Source: Actinomycetota bacterium (lineage in GTDB: Bacteria; Actinomycetota; UBA4738; HRBIN12). From it: 64,000 nt of DNA. Made by a program: the position numbers and the translations under genes. Within the stretch, counting starts at the first letter, position 1. The number at the start of each line of letters is the position of its first letter. The notes below the pieces were generated by a model. It was not told where the DNA came from. It made no database searches and worked only from the letters and a program-made list of their open reading frames with translations. Location of the stretch: positions 524,138 through 588,137 of the forward strand of contig JBBECT010000005.1 of NCBI GenBank assembly GCA_040881665.1, in the 5' to 3' direction. Below are positions 57,279 through 64,000 of the stretch, one piece after another.

Positions 57279-58628
57279 GGAACGGCTCGCCGAGTCGTCC
57301 GCGTCATCCGCATCGCCCTCGCCGCGCGGCGCGAGTCGCGCATCTCCGACGGCACGCTCGAACGGCTCCCGGGGCGCCTGGAGCGAACCGAGCTGGGCGA
57401 GGTCGCGTGGGAAGAACAAGCCCACCGTCCAGTCGAACACGATGCGCACCTTGCGGTTGAACGTCGGAACCATCAGCAGGTGGTAGGAGCGCGCCACGAA
57501 CCATGCCGGGAATCCACGCAGGCGGATCCCGAGGACGCGCGCGACACCCTTGTAACGACCGAGCGACGCGAGAGCGCCGAGCGTGCGGTAGCGGAACGGC
57601 GCGGGCTCGCGCCCGCTCAACACCGCGAGGACGTTCCTGCCGATCCGCTTGCCCTGTCGCGTCGCGTGCTGCGCCGTCGGCGGACTGATCCCGCTCGCCG
57701 TGTTCGGATCGGGGACGGCGGCGGCGTCGCCTGCGGCCCACACATCCGAAACGCCGCGCACGCGCAGCCGATCGTCGACGTCGAGCCGACCGTGCTCGTC
57801 GGTCGGCAACCCGGACACGATCGCGAGGGGCTCGGGCTTGACGCCGGCGGTCCACACGAGCGTTCCCGCGTCGAACGAGTGACCGTTCGAGAGCTCCATC
57901 CGTCCGTCGGTCGCCGATCCCAGGCGCGTGTCGGTGAACACCTCGATCCCCCGCCGACGCAGCGCGCGCGTCGTGTAGCCGGCCAGCGACGCGCCGATCT
58001 CCGGAAGGATCGTCGGCCCCGCCTCCACGAGGATCCACCGCATGTGGGCGCGCTCCACCGTCGGTACGTAGCGCGCGGCTGCGCGCGCGAGGTCCTCGAG
58101 CTCCGCGAGCGCTTCGACGCCGGCATATCCGGCTCCCACGAACACGAACGTGAGGGCGGCTCGACGTTCCTGCGGATCGGAGGTCTCGGCCGCGAGATCG
58201 AGGCACCCGAGGATGTGGTTGCGCAGGAAGATCGCTTCGGCCACGGTCTTGAACCCCACCGCCCGCTCGGCGAGCCCGGGAACCGGTAGCGTGCGCGACC
58301 GAGACCCCGGACCGAGGATCAGGATCTCGTAGGAGAGCTCGCGGGTGCTCCCGTCGATCAGGCGGATCCGCGCGATGCGGCGCTCGTGATCGATCCGCTG
58401 CACCTCACCGACGATCAGCCGCGTCCTGCGCAACGCCTGACGGAGCGGCACCACCACGTGTCGCGGTTCGATGTTCCCGGCGGCGGCCTCCGGAAGCAGG
58501 GACTGGTACTGCATGTAGTTCTCCGGATTCACGAGCACCAGCTCATGGCCCATCCGAGACAGCCGATCCTGGAGCGTGCGCGCAGCGAACACCCCCACCG
58601 ATCCGCCGCCGACGATCAGGATCCGCAT
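57252..58628 (-). CDS. ndh: Type II NADH:quinone oxidoreductase (NDH-2)
   Basis: Two GxGxxG dinucleotide folds (IVGGGSVG; VGAGYAGVE) and an NDH-2 C-terminal membrane-anchoring helix. Start is the ATG at 58628. Confidence 0.9.
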   Translation of the reverse strand: MRILIVGGGSVGVFAARTLQDRLSRMGHELVLVNPENYMQYQSLLPEAAAGNIEPRHVVVPLRQALRRTRLIVGEVQRIDHERRIARIRLIDGSTRELSYEILILGPGSRSRTLPVPGLAERAVGFKTVAEAIFLRNHILGCLDLAAETSDPQERRAALTFVFVGAGYAGVEALAELEDLARAAARYVPTVERAHMRWILVEAGPTILPEIGASLAGYTTRALRRRGIEVFTDTRLGSATDGRMELSNGHSFDAGTLVWTAGVKPEPLAIVSGLPTDEHGRLDVDDRLRVRGVSDVWAAGDAAAVPDPNTASGISPPTAQHATRQGKRIGRNVLAVLSGREPAPFRYRTLGALASLGRYKGVARVLGIRLRGFPAWFVARSYHLLMVPTFNRKVRIVFDWTVGLFFPRDLAQLGSLQAPREPFERAVGDARLAPRGEGDADDADDSASRSSLARGEPQ

Positions 58629-58659
58629 CGGCGGTCTCCCCGGACCGAAGCGCGGGCAT

Positions 58660-59325
58660 TCACATCGACCCCAGCACGCCGGGCAGTTCGCGCAGGCTCG
58701 CGATGTGGGCCTCGGGAACGCCGAGCTGCTCGGCCGTCGGGTTCGCCGGCGCCTCCCCGCGCAGCAGCCAGACGGTGTGGATACCGACGTCCTTCGCCGG
58801 GCGAACGTCGTAGTCGAGACGATCGCCGACCATCGCGGTCCCGTCCGCGGGAACCCCGGCCTCCTCCAGCGCGATCGCGAAGATCCGCGGGTCCGGCTTC
58901 TCGATCCCGAGATCCTCGGAGACACCCCACAGATCGAAGAACCGGTCGATCCCGTCGCGCTGCATCGCGGAGCGAACGTGGCTCGGCTGATTCGCGACGA
59001 TCCCCAGGCGATACCGGCCGTGAACGGACTCCAGGCAGGGCAGCACGTCGGGCTCGAGCGCCTCCGGCGGATACGCCCAATGGACGGCGGTCGCCCGTTG
59101 GAACGCGTCAACGTCCGGGTCGGGTCCGAGGAATGCCGCGGCGATCGATCGTCGGAACGATGCCGACTGGCCCGAACGCAGGTCCTCGTAGACGCGGTCG
59201 AAGTCCTCCTGCGACACGTCGGCACCGAGATCGTTCAGTCCCAGGAAGAGGGCACGCCGATACACGGCATCGCTGTAAAGCACCCCGCCGATATCGAAGA
59301 ACACGACCTCGAGCGATCCGCCCAC
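58660..59325 (-). CDS. HAD-superfamily hydrolase
   Basis: HAD motif I DxG (FFDIGGV). Motifs III/IV (K..., GDRLDYD). Confidence 0.75.
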   Translation of the reverse strand: MGGSLEVVFFDIGGVLYSDAVYRRALFLGLNDLGADVSQEDFDRVYEDLRSGQSASFRRSIAAAFLGPDPDVDAFQRATAVHWAYPPEALEPDVLPCLESVHGRYRLGIVANQPSHVRSAMQRDGIDRFFDLWGVSEDLGIEKPDPRIFAIALEEAGVPADGTAMVGDRLDYDVRPAKDVGIHTVWLLRGEAPANPTAEQLGVPEAHIASLRELPGVLGSM

Positions 59326-59384
59326 GAGCGTATCCTACGCAGCCCTCGCCCGGTCCGATGCGCCGGTCGGTGCGGGACCGCGGG

Positions 59385-60218
59385 TCAGCGTCCCGCCGCG
59401 CGACGCAGCGCGTCCAAGGCGCCGGGATCGGTCCGCTCGGAACCGAGCCGGAAGCCGTACCGCTCCCCGTGACAATCCGACGATCCGGTGATCACGAGCC
59501 CGAGCCGCTCGCCCATCTCCCGGTACCGGCGGCGCTTCTCCGCGTCGTGATCGGGGTGATCGACCTCGATCCCGACCATGCCACCCTCGGCCATGGCCTC
59601 GATCAGCTCGTCCGGAACCGACCCCTGTCCCTTCCACATGCCCGGGTGCGCGATCACGCACACGCCGCCGGCGTTGCGGATCAGCTCGAGGGCGGTCACT
59701 GGGTGCAACGCGTGCTTCGGAACCCAGGCCCGTCCACCGTCGGCGATGAACTCCTCGGTGAACGCCGCCTTCTCGTCGGGGACGATCCCGACCTCGACCA
59801 TCGCCTGCGCCACATGGGGCCGAGCGATCAGTTTGTCCCCCGCGATCTCGCGCACCCGTTCGAACGTGATCGGGTAGCCCAGCTCTTGGAGCTTGGCAAC
59901 CATCAGCTCTCCCCTGCGGAACCGGGAATCGTTGAGTCGGCGAAGCTCCTCCACGAGCTCGGGGGCCTCGGGATCGGCCCAGTACGCGAGCACGTGCAGG
60001 CTGCTCCCCTCGTACTCGGTGGAGAACTCGATCCCCGGGATGACCTCGACCCGGACCGCCGCCCCGGCGGTCGCCGCCTCGTCGAGTCCCTCGGTCGTGT
60101 CGTGGTCGGTGATCGCGATCGTGTCGAGGCCGCGCTCGGCCGCAAGGGCGACCACCTCGGTGGGCGTCAGCGTCCCGTCGGAGCAGTTCGTGTGCACGTG
60201 CAGATCGATCCCGGTCAT
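59385..60218 (-). CDS. PHP-domain phosphoesterase (TrpH/YciV-like)
   Basis: PHP motifs (IDLHVHTNCSDG, ITDHD, HPG, SSDCHG). Confidence 0.8.
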   Translation of the reverse strand: MTGIDLHVHTNCSDGTLTPTEVVALAAERGLDTIAITDHDTTEGLDEAATAGAAVRVEVIPGIEFSTEYEGSSLHVLAYWADPEAPELVEELRRLNDSRFRRGELMVAKLQELGYPITFERVREIAGDKLIARPHVAQAMVEVGIVPDEKAAFTEEFIADGGRAWVPKHALHPVTALELIRNAGGVCVIAHPGMWKGQGSVPDELIEAMAEGGMVGIEVDHPDHDAEKRRRYREMGERLGLVITGSSDCHGERYGFRLGSERTDPGALDALRRAAGR

Positions 60219-60587
60219 GGCGCGGCATCCTCGCAGAGCCGCCGCGTGGACGTCACACCGTGCACAGGGGTAGCCGACAGCGAAACGACAGGGAGGCTTC
60301 TGACGGAACCCCTCAAGCTGCCGTTTCCTCCTACGGAACCCGTATCTGAGGCCCGCACACCTGATCCGTGCCTGAGTGGCCCGAAAGAACTAGGTCGCTG
60401 GATTGCAGAACGGCAGAACGGGTAGGGTCCCCCCTGGGTCCGATGACTTCGACCATCCAGCCTTCCGGATGGCCAGGGAACTCGGACCCCAAGGAGCAGA
60501 TCGGGATCCACGTCGAGGCGGGGAGCCCACCGGTTCTCCGGGAAAGGGCCAGGGAATGGACGTGGCTCGACAACAGGGAGGAAGCCC

Positions 60588-61829
60588 ATGAAGCATCGCC
60601 TTATCCGGCTGCTCGTATCCTCAGCAGCCGCAGCATTGGTTCTGACATCGCTACCCGCGGCCCAGGCCGCCACGACGATCGTCGTCGACGGCGACGGTTT
60701 CGCGTCATCCGGCGACTGCGATGACGCGGTCACGCCGGCCGAGGTCACGATCCAGGACGGCGTCGACGCGGCCGTGGCCGGCGACACGATCGAAGTGTGT
60801 CCCGGTCCCTATGCCGAGTCCGTCACGGTCTCGACCCCGAACCTGACGATCCTCGGCGCGCAGTCCGGGGTCGACGCCAGGACGAGGGCAGTGCCGCTGA
60901 GCCAGGAATCGCGGGTCAACCCACCGGCGACCCTGCCAGGGTTCTCGCTCCAGGCGAACAGGATCGTGCTGGACGGCTTCACGGTGCGGAACGCTACCGA
61001 CAACGCGGGTATCTCCACGAGCCCCCTGTCGGACGGCTACCACGTGCAGAACAACATCGTCACGGAGAACACGTTCGGCCTGTACCTGCACTCCGCCGGC
61101 GACAGGAAAACGATCGTCCGGTTCAACAGGTTCACCGACAACAACGAGGCCGGGTCGGCATCCGGGAACGGGATCTACTCCGACCAAGGTGCCCAGGGCA
61201 TCCTGGTCCGCGTCAACGCGTTCAGCGATCACCTCAATGGTGCCGTGCTGTTCGCGTTCTCAGGGCCGAGCGACAACTCGGACGTGATCATCGAAAACAA
61301 TCGCAGCACGAACGACGCGAACTTCGTCAATCTGTTCGAGGCGTCCGACTTCTCGATCCTCGGGAACAGGACTGTCGACAACTTGAACGCAGATGACGGT
61401 TCGCAGGGTTCGGCGATCCGCGTGGGTGGCCAGTCCGATGGAGTCCTGATCGAGGACAACCGGCTTCAGAACCCGGCGTTCTCGGGCGTCTCGGTTCGCG
61501 ACGACGGGTTCGGCACCGGTGTGTCGAATATCGACATCATCGCCAACACGGTGCTGAACGCTGAGGCGAACGGGATCGACGTGAGTTCGGCGGTTCCTGC
61601 TGTCGTGCAGGCGAGGGGAAACACACTGCGCGACAACGACGTCAACGGCATCCTCTTCGACGCCGCAACATCGGACAACTCGATCCGCCGCAACACGTCC
61701 CTGAACAACGGCGACTTCGATTGCCGCGACGCGTCCACCGGCCCGCACACGGCCGGAACCGCCAATTTCTGGCGGCGCAACGTCGGGGAGACCGCAAGCC
61801 CCGACGGCATCTGTGACCTGCCGGCGTAG
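60588..61829 (+). CDS. Secreted right-handed parallel beta-helix (pectin-lyase-fold) repeat protein
   Basis: Signal peptide (…LPAAQAA), then repeated PbH1-like rungs (NNIVTENTFGLYLHS; NRFTDNNEAGSASGNGIYSD; IEDNRLQNP...). GGGAGG RBS. Confidence 0.8.
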   Translation: MKHRLIRLLVSSAAAALVLTSLPAAQAATTIVVDGDGFASSGDCDDAVTPAEVTIQDGVDAAVAGDTIEVCPGPYAESVTVSTPNLTILGAQSGVDARTRAVPLSQESRVNPPATLPGFSLQANRIVLDGFTVRNATDNAGISTSPLSDGYHVQNNIVTENTFGLYLHSAGDRKTIVRFNRFTDNNEAGSASGNGIYSDQGAQGILVRVNAFSDHLNGAVLFAFSGPSDNSDVIIENNRSTNDANFVNLFEASDFSILGNRTVDNLNADDGSQGSAIRVGGQSDGVLIEDNRLQNPAFSGVSVRDDGFGTGVSNIDIIANTVLNAEANGIDVSSAVPAVVQARGNTLRDNDVNGILFDAATSDNSIRRNTSLNNGDFDCRDASTGPHTAGTANFWRRNVGETASPDGICDLPA

Positions 61830-61906
61830 CCGGAGGCCGATCGAACCGAGAGCCGCCGGGGTTTTCCCCGGCGGCTCTCGAACATCCGGGGCCGAAGGTA
61901 TTCTTC

Positions 61907-62968
61907 TCACGCCCAGGACGCGGGCGCCACGTGCGACCGCGAGATCTCGCCGACCGAGCGACACCCGCACAACGCCATCGCGTTGTCGAACTCGTCGCGC
62001 AGGATCCGGAGCACATCCGCGACACCCTCCTCGCCCGCGACCGCCAACCCCCACGCCGCCGGGCGTCCGACGAGGACCGCGCGCGCACCCAGCGCGAGGG
62101 CCTTCACCACGTCGGTCCCGCGGCGCACGCCTCCGTCGACCAGCACGGGGATCCGGCCGGCCACCGCGTCGACGATCTCGGGGAGCACCGTGAGCCCGGC
62201 CGGCACACCGTCGAGCTGACGTCCACCGTGGTTCGACACGACGATCCCCTCGGCACCGGCCTCGACTGCGAGGGCCGCGTCCTCACCGGTGAGGATCCCC
62301 TTGAGGACGACAGGCAGCGCGGTGCGTTCCCTGATCCAGGCGACGTCGTCCCACGAGAGCGCCGGGTCGTACACGAGGGGATCGCCCGGGAGCCCGTAGG
62401 GCATATGGAACCCGCTGCGCGTGTCGCGGTGCCGCAGGCCGGCGACCGGGAAGTCGACCGTCAGGCAGATCGCCTCGTAGCCGGCTGCGACGACCCTGTC
62501 GAGCATCTCCTCCGTCTTGCCGCGGTCGGTGAACACGTACAGCTGGAACCACTTCGGCGCCGCGGCCGCGTTCGCCACCTCATCGAGGAACTCGACCGTC
62601 GTCGACGACACGACCATGATCGTCCCGGCCGCTGCGGCCGCACGAGCGGTCGCCTGTTCCCCCTCCTCGCGCGCCATCCACTGGTAGGCCCACGGAGCAA
62701 CGAGCACCGGGAAGGCGATCGGCGCTCCGAGTACCTCCGTGGACAGATCCCGCTCGGTGACGCCGACGAGGAACCGGGGACGCAGCATCCAGCGCTCCCA
62801 GGCGGCGCGGTTCTCTCGGAGGGTCCACTCGTCTCCGGCCCCGCCCGCGTAGTAGTCGAACAGCTCGGGCTGCAACACGGCCCGGGCAGCCGCCTCGTAG
62901 TCGTCGACCGTCACGAACGGTCCGGTGGGCGATGCGGTCTCCCCCTCGCGGGGACCGTCGGCGCTCAC
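61907..62968 (-). CDS. FMN-dependent alpha-hydroxy-acid dehydrogenase/oxidase (L-lactate dehydrogenase / glycolate oxidase family)
   Basis: FMN-binding TIM-barrel motifs (SNHGGRQLDG with the catalytic His; VLVDGGVRRGTDVVKALALGA). Confidence 0.85.
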   Translation of the reverse strand: MSADGPREGETASPTGPFVTVDDYEAAARAVLQPELFDYYAGGAGDEWTLRENRAAWERWMLRPRFLVGVTERDLSTEVLGAPIAFPVLVAPWAYQWMAREEGEQATARAAAAAGTIMVVSSTTVEFLDEVANAAAAPKWFQLYVFTDRGKTEEMLDRVVAAGYEAICLTVDFPVAGLRHRDTRSGFHMPYGLPGDPLVYDPALSWDDVAWIRERTALPVVLKGILTGEDAALAVEAGAEGIVVSNHGGRQLDGVPAGLTVLPEIVDAVAGRIPVLVDGGVRRGTDVVKALALGARAVLVGRPAAWGLAVAGEEGVADVLRILRDEFDNAMALCGCRSVGEISRSHVAPASWA

Positions 62969-63786
62969 CCTGCCTGCGAGGCGGGGACGGTCGATGCGGG
63001 AACGTCGACCGCCTCGGCGACGCGGAACAGACCGTCACCGAACGCGAACATCCGCTGCTCGAAGGTCGAGGGGCAGCAGGGCGCCTCTCCCGCGCCGAGC
63101 ACCGCACCGTAGTCGGTCAGCCCCCCGTCGGCGGTCACCGACCCCGCGAGCAACGGTCCCGCGTGCGCGAGGACCTCGGCGACGCCGTCGGGCGTGATCG
63201 AGACCACGTCGTAGCCGAGCGCCTCCTCCGTTCCGGCGTTGCGGAAACCCACGACGAGCTCCTGACCGCCGTCACCGGTGAGGTCCGCGGACGCCACCCC
63301 GACATCGGACCAGCGCGTTCCCTCGGCGTCGCCCGCCTCGAGCCGAACGACCCAGCCACCGGCATCGGCAACGAAGGTGAGCACGCGGACCTGCCAGGCG
63401 ATCCCTCCGTCCCCGACCGCACGCGATTCGACCACCCACACCACCCGTTCGTCGCCGGCCTGCACCTCGCCGCAGTCGCCTGTCGTCCCCGGTGTGACGA
63501 GGCTGGTGCACACCGCGGTTTCGGAGGCGGGGAGCACCTGCTGAGCACCCGGGGCGAGGATCCGGCCGCTGGTCGACAGGACGTCGCCCTCCGGAACCGC
63601 TGTCGGAGCCGGTGACACCGGATCGCCCGCGGGAGCGACCGGCGGGAGCGTGAGCGCCGGACTCGCCGTCACCCGCTCGGCGGGTTCGGGAGCACTCGAT
63701 CGGCCGACCGCGAAGCCGATGCCGCCGGCGACGAGGGCGACACCCACCATGACGACGACGATCGTGTTGCGCTGGTTCGGGTCCAC
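62965..63786 (-). CDS. Hypothetical membrane-anchored protein
   Basis: ATGA overlap with the downstream dehydrogenase gene. N-terminal TM helix, then a Pro/Ala-rich linker and a soluble domain. Start is uncertain (GTG at 63786 or ATG at 63750). Confidence 0.5.
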   Translation of the reverse strand: MDPNQRNTIVVVMVGVALVAGGIGFAVGRSSAPEPAERVTASPALTLPPVAPAGDPVSPAPTAVPEGDVLSTSGRILAPGAQQVLPASETAVCTSLVTPGTTGDCGEVQAGDERVVWVVESRAVGDGGIAWQVRVLTFVADAGGWVVRLEAGDAEGTRWSDVGVASADLTGDGGQELVVGFRNAGTEEALGYDVVSITPDGVAEVLAHAGPLLAGSVTADGGLTDYGAVLGAGEAPCCPSTFEQRMFAFGDGLFRVAEAVDVPASTVPASQAG

Positions 63787-63854
63787 GGCGGGACACGCTA
63801 CGCGCGAGGCAGCGACGGGGCAACCCAGAGCACTGCTACGATGCGGCGACCACC

Positions 63855-64000
63855 GTGAGGACCCCAGACGAGCGCGCCGCGGCATTCCTCAAGGCCATCA
63901 CGATCCTTCGGGTGTTCCTGGTCCCTATCGTGATGTGGCTGATCCTCGCCGAAGACGACCCACAGTGGGCGACCGCCGTCGCGACAGGACTGTTCGCTTT
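63855..64000 (+). CDS. CDP-alcohol phosphatidyltransferase family protein (PgsA-like), 5' end only
   Basis: GTG start. The N-terminus (AAFLKAITILRVFLVPIVMWLIL...TGLFA) matches the first TM helix of CDP-alcohol phosphatidyltransferases. Truncated by the window edge. Confidence 0.6.
   Translation, partial: MRTPDERAAAFLKAITILRVFLVPIVMWLILAEDDPQWATAVATGLFA

Noticed and set aside
60219-60587. Possible c-di-GMP or TPP riboswitch upstream of the beta-helix protein
   Set aside because: Partial CTGAG / ACCTGATCC resemblance to the TPP element, but the order and pairing of conserved blocks do not fit. No GEMM-I GCAAA/ACGCAAAGC core. Kept only as an unclassified candidate leader in findings.

Overview
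This window is a GC-rich (about 70%) chromosomal segment that looks actinobacterial, with about 65 genes packed closely together. Because GC is so high, many long ORFs in the six-frame track are antisense or extension artefacts; I called genes from recognisable protein families plus third-position GC bias.

The recognisable core content includes:
- the sigR/sigH–rsrA redox sigma/anti-sigma pair, with a PIG-L/LmbE-type (mycothiol-type) deacetylase fragment at the window edge;
- one initiator-type tRNA-Met, an MFS efflux pump, the chromate transporter ChrA, and a UPF0182 / PDZ-Lon-like pair like Rv3193c–Rv3194c;
- mreB sitting directly after moaE;
- DAHP synthase, a BMP-family lipoprotein and a DUF72 protein;
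- a ku–glnK–glnD operon facing a three-domain ligD (polymerase–phosphoesterase–ligase);
- a cytochrome P450, a VanW protein, and a complete argC-J-B-D-R-G-H cluster with no argF;
- a GH114 polygalactosaminidase, rmuC, hisK, a tldD/pmbA pair, a type-II NADH dehydrogenase, and a secreted beta-helix protein.

I found no transposase, integrase, CRISPR array or obvious defence island; this is mostly housekeeping DNA.

The features most worth a second look are:
- the adenylate-cyclase locus at about 24.7–26.5 kb, where decayed duplicate gene ends (a cyclase C-terminus and a DUF72 3' end) and a repeated GGCAACA-N3-TGGGCAACA motif flank the cyclase, and the cyclase frame is open for 85 codons upstream of its first usable start codon;
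- ku in the position normally held by amtB upstream of glnK–glnD;
- moaE translationally coupled to a lone mreB;
- a small, previously uncalled Cys/His-rich ORF downstream of rsrA;
- a glycosyltransferase carrying a CysRS-anticodon-domain-like (DALR-like) N-terminus;
- a C45-peptidase gene remnant downstream of hisK;
- a CBS-domain protein paired with a degenerate cyclase-homology protein.
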